A stretch of 64,000 bases of DNA from Candidatus Falkowbacteria bacterium (GCA_963774955.1 CAVZGV010000003.1:192771-256770), one strand, 5' to 3'. Counted from the first letter of the stretch, positions 17,721 through 28,137 are shown. The notes: a model not told the origin generated them from the letters alone. Numbers and translations: made by a program.

Positions 17721-19892
17721 ATGCATTTAGTATCAAAAATTTGTCTGATTATTGCGGCTTTTTTTGCCTTAAGCAGTATTGCCTGGGCCGGTTTTAATTA
17801 TGAATCTTTAAGTAATTCTTTTGTGATTGATTCGGTTTTTAAAAGCGGTGGTAATTATATCATGGTTGGTAATTCTCTGGATAATAGTTTGTATCCGGCT
17901 GGTGCTACTAAAGTTTCCGCTTTTTTCGGTGTGACTAATAATTTGATTTTTCTCAATCCGGAGGCCAAATTTTGTACTATTTCAAATTCTACCGACAATA
18001 CTTGTACTGGTTCTCGCCAGATTCAGAAAACCGACGGCGAATATATTTTCAAGACCAAATCGGTGTCCGTAAATAGCAGTAATGACTTTGGCCTTTATCC
18101 CAAGCCCGGTTCAGCCACTTTATTTTTGGAAGCTCAGACAATTGAAACACAATCAGATTTATATTTGAATCAGGGACGAAATTATGGCAGTTTGAATTTA
18201 TCAAATAATGCCAAGCCGCTGATTAATTCTATTTATGCACCCAGAGTTTCAGCCAATGAGCTTAGACTTTTCCCCGGTGCCAATCAATATATTAATATCA
18301 GCAGCGGAACTACTTTGAGCTTGATTTCCAGTATCAGGCCGCGCTATAAACGCACTATTACGATTCAAAATAATACCGGTCAGGTATTAACAGATGTTTC
18401 GGTGGCTATTAATTTACCTGCTGATATCCTGGTTGCTGATAAAATGAGGGCTGATGGCTGGGATTTGAGGTTTTTTGCCGATTCTAACCTAACCGTCCCG
18501 CTTGAATTTTTTATAGATATTATGCCTAAAATATGGGTCAAGCTTCCGACTACTATTTCCATACCTGCTGGTCAACCCGGGGATATCTATGTCACTTACG
18601 GCGGGAAGGTAACCACTAATCCAAGCAACCCTCCCGGGGTTTTTGGTACAATTTTAGGGGCGGATAATAACGCCGCTTTAGCCGTCAGTTATAATTTTGA
18701 TGAAGACGCCACTATTGCCGGAAATACTACTTTTGAAAGTTCACTGTTTGGTCCCTCAGCCGCGCTGAAAGATAATACTGCTTCCGCGCCTATGCGTGTC
18801 AGCGGTCGCGTTATCAACGGTATTAAAACTACCGGGACTCAAGTGGTAAGTCTTTCCCCCTGGGCAATACCGTTACAGAGTGAGTGGACTATTGAGACCT
18901 GGTTTATGACCCCGCTAAATACTCCGCTTCACGGTTATCAAATATTAGCCAGGGGATCCACTGATATTGTCATTGCCGCTAAAAGTTATGCTGGCGGATA
19001 TTTCTTGGGTACGATTCAAAATCCGGGTAATAATTTTAATCTTGGCTGGACCCCATGTGATACTAATTTAAGTTTGGCTGGTGATCAGGGCTTGAACCTT
19101 AAGAATACACAATATTTTACTGCTAATACTTGGCATCATTTGCTTGCAGTCGGTAAAGACGGCACCACAACTTTTTATATTGACGGAACACCAGCTATCG
19201 GCGGCAAAACTTGCGTTGCGGCTTTTCAATCAAGAAATAATGTTATCCACATGGGCAATTATGAAACCGGCGGTTTTTCCTGGGGTACTTTTGATGAATT
19301 CAGGGTCTACAATACTGCCTTAAATGAGGCACAGATTGATAAGCTGGCTGCAAATTGTGGTTTTACCACCTTAGCTTTCCCGGGTAAAGTTTTGGTCAGA
19401 AAATGTTTGACACCGGAACCGATTATAACTTGGGGTAGTACTGAAACTTGTTTGCAAGATTGCAACAATGAAGCTCTTCAAAGCAGTTTAGTTACCACTG
19501 CTCAGTCCATAACTTATTCAGTCGGTACACTTTCTAAGAATTTTTGCTATGTTGAAAGTCTAGACACGACAGGAACTGGCTCAAACGCCCTGAATTTTGT
19601 TAATTTTACGGCTACAACTGCTAATAAGACTGATAAAACTCGAGACGATCCTGCTGACACTTGTGGCGTCGGCGTCACTACCATTGGGGACTGTAAAATG
19701 ACCTCAGATAAAACTACTTGTGCCCGCAGAGCATGCTGCGCTTCTGGTTATTATGTTTTTGATTTTAATGCCAGTGCAAATAGTAACCAAACCATGGTTT
19801 GTTGCCGTTATAATAATGCAGCTCCTTGCTCAGTGAATACCGACTGTGCCTCCGGTCTTAAATGCGCCGATGGCTCATGTATTCCGACTTAA
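17721..19892 (+). CDS. secreted DUF2341 + LamG-like domain protein with Cys-rich C-terminus
   Basis: KMRADGWDLRF..IWVKLP..IYVTYG (DUF2341-like); WTIETWF, TWHHL, FYIDG, FDEFRVYNTAL (LamG-like). Confidence 0.75.
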   Translation: MHLVSKICLIIAAFFALSSIAWAGFNYESLSNSFVIDSVFKSGGNYIMVGNSLDNSLYPAGATKVSAFFGVTNNLIFLNPEAKFCTISNSTDNTCTGSRQIQKTDGEYIFKTKSVSVNSSNDFGLYPKPGSATLFLEAQTIETQSDLYLNQGRNYGSLNLSNNAKPLINSIYAPRVSANELRLFPGANQYINISSGTTLSLISSIRPRYKRTITIQNNTGQVLTDVSVAINLPADILVADKMRADGWDLRFFADSNLTVPLEFFIDIMPKIWVKLPTTISIPAGQPGDIYVTYGGKVTTNPSNPPGVFGTILGADNNAALAVSYNFDEDATIAGNTTFESSLFGPSAALKDNTASAPMRVSGRVINGIKTTGTQVVSLSPWAIPLQSEWTIETWFMTPLNTPLHGYQILARGSTDIVIAAKSYAGGYFLGTIQNPGNNFNLGWTPCDTNLSLAGDQGLNLKNTQYFTANTWHHLLAVGKDGTTTFYIDGTPAIGGKTCVAAFQSRNNVIHMGNYETGGFSWGTFDEFRVYNTALNEAQIDKLAANCGFTTLAFPGKVLVRKCLTPEPIITWGSTETCLQDCNNEALQSSLVTTAQSITYSVGTLSKNFCYVESLDTTGTGSNALNFVNFTATTANKTDKTRDDPADTCGVGVTTIGDCKMTSDKTTCARRACCASGYYVFDFNASANSNQTMVCCRYNNAAPCSVNTDCASGLKCADGSCIPT

Positions 19893-19926
19893 TTTCGTCA
19901 AGTTAAATTAATAATTTTTTAAATGA

Positions 19927-20400
19927 ATGGAAAATCCCCAGGGTTTTAAAAAGGAAATAAACGAGAAAGAAGGTGAGATAAAATTCACCATTAATACCAG
20001 GATTTATTCTTTAGCCGCTATTTATCAGGCAGCTTACTTTTTTTTAGATAAAGTTTATGTCTTTTTGGATGGTGATCCGAAAAAGGAAATTAAGGTTATG
20101 ATGAAAGTGAAAAGTGGGGAAGAAGGGTTGGTCAAAATTGCAGGGGAATTTTATAATGAACTTTTAAATCAGCTCTTGCGGGAAAAAGTCAGCTCAAGCA
20201 ATGCTAAAATCAGGGAGTATATTGTTTCTCAGGCGCTTTATAATGCCGTACCTAACGAGGTGGATGAATTATTAAAAGAGGTAGAAGAGGAAGATTGGCA
20301 GGAAGATCCTTTGGGGATAAGCAAGCCCTGGGAGGAAAAGAATGAGGAGGGAAAAAAGGGGAAGAAGGGTAAGGCGAGAAAGAAGGGAGGATCCAAGTAA
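19927..20400 (+). CDS. hxsD: His-Xaa-Ser system protein HxsD
   Basis: IYSLAAIYQAAYFFLDKVYVFLD, GEFYNELLNQLLR, EDPLGISKPWEEK; upstream of hxsB. Confidence 0.85.
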   Translation: MENPQGFKKEINEKEGEIKFTINTRIYSLAAIYQAAYFFLDKVYVFLDGDPKKEIKVMMKVKSGEEGLVKIAGEFYNELLNQLLREKVSSSNAKIREYIVSQALYNAVPNEVDELLKEVEEEDWQEDPLGISKPWEEKNEEGKKGKKGKARKKGGSK

Positions 20401-20401
20401 T

Positions 20402-20611
20402 ATGGAAATTATTAAGTTTAATAAGGATATTTACAATTTAAAAGCCATTGAAAAAGCCATTGAAGAATATAAAAAAATGGCTAATTTTACCGTAAAAGAG
20501 GTAGATGATTATTTTGAGGTCAGTCTTGATAAAATTGATCAGGAATTTCAGGGGGTAATTAAAAATGAGTTTGCTAATTATGTATCTGGGATTAATGAGC
20601 TAAAAGTATAA
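20402..20611 (+). CDS. HxsD-like small protein
   Basis: FNKDIYNLKAIEKAIEEY...EFANYV resembles the HxsD N-terminal domain. Confidence 0.7.
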   Translation: MEIIKFNKDIYNLKAIEKAIEEYKKMANFTVKEVDDYFEVSLDKIDQEFQGVIKNEFANYVSGINELKV

Positions 20612-20685
20612 GCACCAAATATCAAAAATCAAGTTCCAAGTAAATAACAATAAACAAATAACAAAGCAGAAACAAAAATAAAAAT

Positions 20686-21033
20686 ATGGAGAAAATTTAT
20701 GATTTAGAAGATCGCACCTTAAAGTTCGGCAAAGATATTATTCATTTATGCAAGGCTTTGCCAGAAAATACAATAAATTTCCGTTTGATTGATCAGCTTA
20801 TTCGTTCAGGCACTTCATCCGGAGTGAATTATCGTGAAGCGAACGAAACCGAGACTAAGAAGGATTTTAGGTTTAAGATCAGGATTTGTCTGCGGGAAGC
20901 TAGGGAAACTAAATATTGGCTGGAACTGCTGCAAGAGGCCAATTCTGAATTACAAGAAAAGATTGAATTTTTAATAATGGAAACCAAGGAATTAATTAAA
21001 ATATTCGCTACTATCCTGAGCAAAGCAAAATAG
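20686..21033 (+). CDS. four-helix-bundle (23S rRNA IVS-like) protein
   Basis: DLEDRT, DQLIRSGTSSGVNYREA, FKIRICLREARETKYWLELL. Confidence 0.9.
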   Translation: MEKIYDLEDRTLKFGKDIIHLCKALPENTINFRLIDQLIRSGTSSGVNYREANETETKKDFRFKIRICLREARETKYWLELLQEANSELQEKIEFLIMETKELIKIFATILSKAK

Positions 21034-21132
21034 TTTAAGTTTTAAATATATTGTAATTTATAATTTTTTTGAAGCTTGTAATTTGAGTCTTGGGATTTTT
21101 ATCAAAACATAATCAATAAAAATTAAGATAGC

Positions 21133-22635
21133 ATGTTGGATCTACAAACAATCAATAAATTTGACGATAAAAGCGTAGGTTATTTTCGCTTTAAGAAATT
21201 TGACGCTGATAATTATTTGCTGACCAATGAAGTGGGCCAGTATATTTTTCTTAAAGAAAAAGACTTTAAAGATTTTATTACCGGCCAGCTGAGTCCCAAG
21301 GCTAATGTTTATAAAGAGTTAAGGGCTAATTTGTTTATTAAGGATGAAGCGTATACCCCGACTCTAATTGAAAAATACCGGGCCAGAAACAGTTTTTTGA
21401 AATTTGGTCCGTCTTTGCATATTATAGTGGTAACTTTGCGCTGTAATCACAGCTGTATTTACTGCCATGCCAGCGCCGGCAACCAAACTGATAAGAGCCT
21501 AGATATGGATTTAGCTATGGCTAAAAAAATAGTTGATGTTATTTTCAAATCAACCAATAATGCGATTGCTATTGAGTTCCAGGGCGGAGAGCCGTTATTA
21601 AATTGGCCGGTGGTTAAATTTATTGTTCAATACGCCAATGAGAAAAATAAGCTGGAACAAAAGGATTTGCTCATCCGTTTAGTCTCAAATTTTAGCCTGT
21701 TGGATGAAGCTAAAATGAAGTTTTTTATTGATAACAAAGTTCATTTCTGCACGTCTTTGGACGGGGACGAGGAAACCCATAATTTTAACCGTAAGTATAG
21801 CTGTGGCAACAGTTTTGCTGAAGCCTCAAAGTGGATAAAAAGGATTAAGGCAGCATATGTAGGCAAATTTAAAGGCAAGAAAAAGGATTATTATAATGTT
21901 GGTGCGCTCATCACCATTACCAGAAAAACCCTAGGTAATTATAAAAAGGTGATTGACGCATATCTGGATTTGGGGATCCGTTCTATTTATTTAAGGTATT
22001 TGAATCCTTATGGTTTTGCCATGTCAGCCCAGGAAAATATCTGGTACACGCCTGAAGAATTTCTGGATTTTTATCAAAAGACATTAGATTACATTTTAGC
22101 CAAAAATAAAGAGGGAAAACTGTTTCTTGAAGCTACCGCTGTTACCTACTTAAGAAAAATTTTACTGCAGGAAGAACCTCATAACTTGGACATGCGTTCG
22201 CCCTGCGGAGCCGGTATTGGCCAAATGGCTTATAATTACAACGGTGATGTTTATACCTGTGATGAGGGCAGAATGATTTCGCGCATGGGCGATGAGATGT
22301 TTAAATTGGGGAATATCAATGAAAATTCTTTTGAGCAGCTGATCAATAATAATCTCTGCAAATCAATCTGTTTGGCTTCCTGCACAACCGGGTTACCCGG
22401 CCACAGTGATCAGGTTTATCAGCCATATTGGGGCACTTGTCCGGTGTATAATTATTCGCTTTACGGCAATATTTTCCCGCAGATGAAAAATAATTTCAAA
22501 TGGCAGATTGACGAGAAAATATTGGATTATATTTTCGTTAAATTACAGGATAAGAAAAACAGGGATATTTTTATGGAATGGGCCAAAAGGGCCAAGCCCC
22601 CGGTTGAGAGTAAATTTACAAAAAATAACGTTTAA
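21133..22635 (+). CDS. hxsB: His-Xaa-Ser system radical SAM maturase HxsB
   Basis: PSLHIIVVTLRCNHSCIYCHAS, IEFQGGEPLLN, DMRSPCGAGIGQMAYNYNGDVYTCDEGRM. Confidence 0.9.
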   Translation: MLDLQTINKFDDKSVGYFRFKKFDADNYLLTNEVGQYIFLKEKDFKDFITGQLSPKANVYKELRANLFIKDEAYTPTLIEKYRARNSFLKFGPSLHIIVVTLRCNHSCIYCHASAGNQTDKSLDMDLAMAKKIVDVIFKSTNNAIAIEFQGGEPLLNWPVVKFIVQYANEKNKLEQKDLLIRLVSNFSLLDEAKMKFFIDNKVHFCTSLDGDEETHNFNRKYSCGNSFAEASKWIKRIKAAYVGKFKGKKKDYYNVGALITITRKTLGNYKKVIDAYLDLGIRSIYLRYLNPYGFAMSAQENIWYTPEEFLDFYQKTLDYILAKNKEGKLFLEATAVTYLRKILLQEEPHNLDMRSPCGAGIGQMAYNYNGDVYTCDEGRMISRMGDEMFKLGNINENSFEQLINNNLCKSICLASCTTGLPGHSDQVYQPYWGTCPVYNYSLYGNIFPQMKNNFKWQIDEKILDYIFVKLQDKKNRDIFMEWAKRAKPPVESKFTKNNV

Positions 22636-22650
22636 GGTATAATTAAGGCA

Positions 22651-22785
22651 ACCCGCAAATATACAAATACGTTCACAAATAGTACAAATTGGAATAAACC
22701 CGCAAATATACAAATCCATTCACAAATTATACAAATTGGATGAAGATATTTGTGAGATTTGTACTAAGCTTTGTGTGTTTGTGGG
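22651..22785. repeat. left flank repeat of the GxxExxY cassette
   Basis: Two ~47-bp ACAAAT-rich tandem units followed by an inverted ATTTGT-rich unit. Confidence 0.85.
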
Positions 22786-22797
22786 CGTATATAAAGT

Positions 22798-23184
22798 ATG
22801 GAAGACAAGGTTATTTATAAAGAGTTAAGCTATAAAATTGTCGGTATTTTATTTGATGTTTATAACGATCTTGGCTATGGGTATAAGGAGAAATATTATG
22901 AGAATGCGATTGAGCGTGAGTTGAGACTGGCAAGGCTCGGATATAAAAAACAAGTTCCCTTTAAATTGGTTTATAAAGAAGAAGTTATAGGCAAATTATT
23001 CGTTGATTTTATAATTGATGATAAGATTGTGCTGGAAATCAAAAAGGGCGATTATTTTAATAAGAGAAATATTGAGCAGGTAAAAGAATATTTAAAAATC
23101 AGCGGTAAAAAATTGGCAATATTGGCTAATTTTACATCTACCGGGGTGAAGTTTTTAAGGGTATTTAATTCCGATTACAAATAA
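22798..23184 (+). CDS. GxxExxY family protein (PD-(D/E)XK-like)
   Basis: LGYGYKEKYYENA, VDFIIDDKIVLEIK, LAILANF. Confidence 0.92.
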   Translation: MEDKVIYKELSYKIVGILFDVYNDLGYGYKEKYYENAIERELRLARLGYKKQVPFKLVYKEEVIGKLFVDFIIDDKIVLEIKKGDYFNKRNIEQVKEYLKISGKKLAILANFTSTGVKFLRVFNSDYK

Positions 23185-23320
23185 ACCCGTAAATTTACAA
23201 ATCATTTCACAAATAGTACAAATTGAAATATACCCGCAAATTTACAAATTAATTCACAAATCATACAAATTGGATGAAGATATTTGTGAGATTTGTACTA
23301 AGATTTGTGTTTTTTGTGGG
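23185..23320. repeat. right flank repeat of the GxxExxY cassette
   Basis: Imperfect direct copy of 22651-22785. Confidence 0.85.
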
Positions 23321-23381
23321 AACCAGCTGCCGGGCAAGCCAAACGTTTTTAAATACACCTTACCAAATAATCAATAAAACA

Positions 23382-23768
23382 ATGAAGAATAGACTGCCAC
23401 AATTAAAGAAAAAATTCCAGGAATTCCTTAATGATGAAGAAGGTAAGATCACCAAAAAGGACATTATTATGCTGGGAATCGGCGTAACTGCTTTGGGTAT
23501 TTTGGCGGAAGAGGCAACTGCTGCTACTCCGGCATGCGGAAGCGGATATACTGCGGCAGGACCGACGGCAGTCGGTCATAATCGTCAGAATCAACTTATT
23601 GCTGGAGGGGCTAGTCATTTTGGGCATAATAATTTTATTCACAATGAAGGAACCCAGGGATCGCATTGTTCACATGGTTCTCATGGTTCACACGGGTCGC
23701 ATGGCAGTCACGGGTCACATGGCAGTCATGGGTCACATGGTCATCATAGTAGTGGCAACTCATGTTAA
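23382..23768 (+). CDS. hxsA: His-Xaa-Ser repeat precursor peptide (HxsA-type)
   Basis: 128 aa; C-terminal HCS(HGS)7HGHHSSGNSC; N-terminal KKFQEFLNDEEGKITKKD plus a hydrophobic stretch. Confidence 0.85.
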   Translation: MKNRLPQLKKKFQEFLNDEEGKITKKDIIMLGIGVTALGILAEEATAATPACGSGYTAAGPTAVGHNRQNQLIAGGASHFGHNNFIHNEGTQGSHCSHGSHGSHGSHGSHGSHGSHGSHGHHSSGNSC

Positions 23769-23778
23769 TTGATAGAGT

Positions 23779-24642
23779 ATGAATAATAGAATTTTTTTAA
23801 TTTTAATTGCAGTCATTGTCCTCCTATTCATTGGGGTAGGTGTTTTTTGGTTTTTGTATCAAGAACGAACTCCTTTACAGCCTAATTCAAATAAAACTGT
23901 TAATCAAAATATAAATGTAAATACTGACTATTGTTTAGCAAAAATAAAGGCCAATGAAGAGGACGCTTTTTCTATTTCTCGCAGGGAGTTTTATTCGGTT
24001 TTAAATTTTTATACTTTTTGTAAATATAATAATGATAAACAAAATATTATAGATAAATGTAAGAATTATTTCGGGGAGAGAAGAAGTAATTATTGTACGG
24101 ATAAATTCCCTTATTTAGTTATGCTTTATTATCTGAAGCTGGGACAAAAGATTGAATTTGTAAAAACATGCCAAGATTACACTTCGTTATCTCAAAATAA
24201 AAAAAATATAAGTTGTGATGAAATTTGGAATAAGGCCAATGATGCTAATTTAGAATTTTGTGATCAGGTGGATCGTTCCTGCGCCTACTTGGTTACCGAT
24301 TCTGAAAAAACATCATGTGCAAAAATTGTTAATTTGAGCACCCCAGTTGATAATATTCTAGATAATGATTGCCGCAATGAGATACAAATAAGAGCTGCCA
24401 CTTCTGCTCAAGATTGTTTGAGTATAAAGGATGATATTACCAAATTAATATGTTTGAGTGTTTATAGCAAAGACGCCTGTGACAGCGCCTTTGGTTTAAT
24501 AGACGAAAAGTGTCAAATTTTAGAGACAGGTAATTTGAAAAAATTTGAGGATAAATATTCATTAAATAACTGTTGTTATGAAAATGATCCTCAGCAAGGC
24601 GGGGAGGATGTCGGAGCCGTTTTATATGTCCAATTACAATAA
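23779..24642 (+). CDS. membrane-anchored Cys-rich protein
   Basis: N-terminal TM followed by many regularly spaced Cys. Confidence 0.7.
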   Translation: MNNRIFLILIAVIVLLFIGVGVFWFLYQERTPLQPNSNKTVNQNINVNTDYCLAKIKANEEDAFSISRREFYSVLNFYTFCKYNNDKQNIIDKCKNYFGERRSNYCTDKFPYLVMLYYLKLGQKIEFVKTCQDYTSLSQNKKNISCDEIWNKANDANLEFCDQVDRSCAYLVTDSEKTSCAKIVNLSTPVDNILDNDCRNEIQIRAATSAQDCLSIKDDITKLICLSVYSKDACDSAFGLIDEKCQILETGNLKKFEDKYSLNNCCYENDPQQGGEDVGAVLYVQLQ

Positions 24643-24732
24643 GGGTGTTGATTATGCGGAAATAAAATAAATTTTTATTAGTCTGTTAATTATCAATCAC
24701 TATGGGGGTTCTAATAAATAGAATATGGAAGT

Positions 24733-25814
24733 ATGATGAAAGAAATTACTTTATATATTTCTTTAAATTCTAAATGCAATTTAGCTTGCCGATATTGCTA
24801 TATAAAAAAAAACCTTAAGGAACAATTAAATATTAGAAAGATTAAACAAAGAATAAGTTATTTTTTTAATAAAAATAACTTTTTGTTTATTAATTTTTGC
24901 GGTGGGGAACCATTAATGTCCTTTACGACAGTTAAAGAAACTTGTAACCTATATAGAAAGGGAGCAGAGAGCGTATGGATTTGGATGTGAATTAAGTATT
25001 ATAACCAATGGAACATTATTAGACGAAGAAAAAGTCTCTTATCTATTAAGCCATGACATTAAAATAATACTTAGTCTGGACGGTATTACGGCATCCTCAG
25101 ATATAAATAGGAAGTTTTTACATTCGAATAAGTCGGTTTCAGGTGAAATAATTAGCAGGCTGGAAAAATTAAATAAAAAAATCGGTTTTCTCCAAAATTC
25201 AAGATTTCAAAGGTTGTTTCACCGAATAATTTGAGGTATCTAAAAAGTGATTTGCTGTATTTTCAGGAATTGGGTATTACTGAATTGAGTTTAGGGATTG
25301 AAAGTTATCGACAATGGTCTGACTCAAGTATTAGATTATTTTGTGAAAAGATAGAGGAACTTTTTACGATTTATTTTGATTTATTAGAAAAACAAAAGGG
25401 AAAATATTTTTAAAGATTAATAATCTTGAACGCTTGATACATAATGAATTTCATTACTATTTTGATTGTGACCAAATTCGCTTAGATTGCGATGGTTCGC
25501 TTTTTTTATGTTTAAGTCATGTTTTCGATAAAAAATTTATGCGGCAGCAGCCCTTGAATCAGTCAGCAGATCTTTCTAAGGCCAAAATGTCATTATTAAA
25601 GAATAAATTACGTCAGCTGATTAATTTTGACGTTAATCTTAAAGAAAAATTGTTTTGTCCCGTCGATTTATTAGTATATTGTCAAATAAAGAAAATTGAT
25701 TTCGTAAGATGTATAAGATGTATGCCAGTTTACATCGATGTTTACGTCGATCAATGTCGGGCTGTATTTAAGGTGTTAAGTAAGAAGAAAAGATTTCGGA
25801 GTTGTATAATTTAA
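24733..25814 (+). pseudogene. radical SAM protein, frameshifted (or sequencing indels)
   Basis: CNLACRYC and GGEPL in the first fragment; TNGTLL and SLDG in another frame; fragments continue to 25814. Confidence 0.7.
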
Positions 25815-25836
25815 ATTAAAATTTGGTATTAAATAA

Positions 25837-27247
25837 ATGTCTGATAAAGTTAATTTAATTTATAACGGGGGATATGGTTATCTTTTGGAAAAAGACGGCC
25901 AATTTCTGCCAATGGGTATTTTTCAGTTAATGTCCTATTTGAAGACAATGGGAATTGATCCTCTGTCAAGATTTTAAGCAAAGATCTATTGGCAGATGCT
26001 CACAGCAAAGATGTTATTTATAATTTTTTTGTTGAGAATAATGTCCGCAATTTGGAAAATTGGCAGAATAAACATATCGATAAAAACATCTTGAAAATTG
26101 GTAATCGACCAGTTATCACCAGTAAATGACAGTGCAAAATTTTGGGGCTTCAGTATCAGCTGTCTCGATGATGTTTTGCCAACTCTTTATGCTGTTTTGG
26201 CATTAAAAACTTTAGATAAGACAGCGGTAGTTATCATCGGCGGTGCTTACCTGAAATATTTAAATAAAGAGCTAATTATAGACAACCCAAATTTGATTGA
26301 TTTTTTAGTTGTTGGTGATGGTGAATATGCTCTGACTGAAATATTAATTAACAATGGGGATAAGGATAAATTGATCGCTACTGATAATTTGGTTTTTTAT
26401 AAAGATGGAAAATTGATAATTAATCCCGTTAAATATATTAATTTTAATGACATTAAATTGCCGGATTACGAGATCGTAAAGGCAGATGAAGAGATCTATT
26501 ATAATTTTTCCAGGGGTTGCGGCGGCCAGTGCATGTTTTGCACGTCGAAAGATAAGTTGCAGTTTAAAAATTATACTACAATTTGTAGCGAACTGGATCT
26601 CTTTAATTTCTAAATATAATCCGAGCAGGATTTATTTTATTGATTGCAGTGCCAATAACAACGCCCAGTTATTTATTAAAATTTTGGAATATTTACACGG
26701 GCGAACGGGAGATTTTGAGGCAATATTTTGGGTTGATTTTTTCAATTTTCCGGATAGTTTAATCCAGGCAATTAATGATTATACCACGGATAAAAAAATA
26801 AACTTAAAGTTCGGTCTAGAAAGCGGTGATAAAAAAATGCGTGATTTTTTGAATAAACCACGATTTACTAATGATGCAGCAATTGATATTGTGAAGAAAC
26901 TTAAGAACAGGTTAATAATTTAAAAATAAATCTTAAATATTATTGTCAGTATTCCCTATGAAGATAAATTTAGTTTCTTAAAAACCTTAAAATTAATTTT
27001 ATATTTGAAGGATTATTGTTACCGGGTACCCATTACGATTTTTCATCTGACTCCTGAGAGTGCACTGTTCTGAAGAATCCAGATAAGTATAAGATTAGGT
27101 TACGTGACCGTTCAGTAAATAAATATAATTACTTTTTTTGTTACGATGAAATTGACGGCTTTAAAATGGGAGGATATTGAGCGAAGAAATTATAAGTATT
27201 TTGAGCATATTGTTTCTTATTTGAATAAGGCTAAAATTAGTTGGTGA
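25837..27247 (+). pseudogene. cobalamin-binding radical SAM protein, frameshifted
   Basis: LPMGIFQLMSYLK N-terminus; IIGGAY, DFLVVGDGEYAL, SRGCGGQCMFC, FGLESG across frames. Confidence 0.7.
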
Positions 27248-27253
27248 AAATAT

Positions 27254-28134
27254 ATGGATGATATTTTAAATGTTCACTTTAAAGCGTCTATTGGAATTTA
27301 TTGATATTAAGAAATTTACAGCTTAAGGATTTTTTTATCGGAGCAGAAATGACGTTGGTTAAGCTTTCAGACAATAGTTTGGGGACAGCTGCGAATTTCG
27401 ATGTTCAAATCGATACCGATAAACATTTAAAGTTTTCTGCTATAAGGGAGAGTGATCATATTAGGAAATTAATAAACAAAGATCCTTTATTATTAAAATA
27501 TTTGCAGAATCTTGACTGCAGTTTTAAACGGTCATTAAAATTAGCCATAGTTTCAGCGTTGTCTCAGCCTTTATTGAATAAAAGTGAATTAAGGAGACTT
27601 GGTCTTGAATTTTTTTAGAGTTAAAAAGAGCAGTTCATGGCAACATAGACTTGTCCCGTTACTTAAAGATAAAAACGAAGCTGTTTTAATAGGTTATGGC
27701 GGGGGCTTACATACATTATTAAAGTCAAAGATTTTAAATTTGTATATTTCTGATTTTATGTTTAAAAATAGGGTGTTTTTAATGCAGTCAATTCGAGAAT
27801 TGGCTAGACTCAAGAAATTGTATAATTTTATGGGAAAGATTAAATTATCAAATGGTTTACAGAATGAAGCGATTCTAAAGAAGGCCAATCTTACCTTAAT
27901 TAGCGGTTCTGCCCTAGCTATTAATACGATGGAAGATTTGCTTAAAAATGCTCGAAGATGTGCTAAACGGTCATTGTCCAGGGGCCTAGTGCCAGTATCT
28001 ACCCAGCCGAATTATTTTCCAGAGGAGTAACTGATTTATTCACTAATATAAAGAAAGAAGCCGATATATTTGATTATAAAATTCCTGGCGGCCATACTAG
28101 GGATGATAGCAATTATATCCATATTTATAAATAA
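27254..28134 (+). pseudogene. DUF364-like (Rossmann-like) protein, frameshifted
   Basis: AVLIGYGG, LISGSALAINTMEDLL, then VQGPSASIYPAELFSRGV in another frame. Confidence 0.55.
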
Positions 28135-28137
28135 TTT

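Noticed and set aside
22651-23320. ACAAAT-rich repeats as a CRISPR array
   Set aside because: No constant repeat with unique spacers and no cas genes; units are degenerate and include inverted copies
23274-23381. ORF-track N-terminal extension of the precursor (MKIFVRFVLRFVFFVG...)
   Set aside because: It translates the right flank repeat; ATG 23382 is the more plausible start
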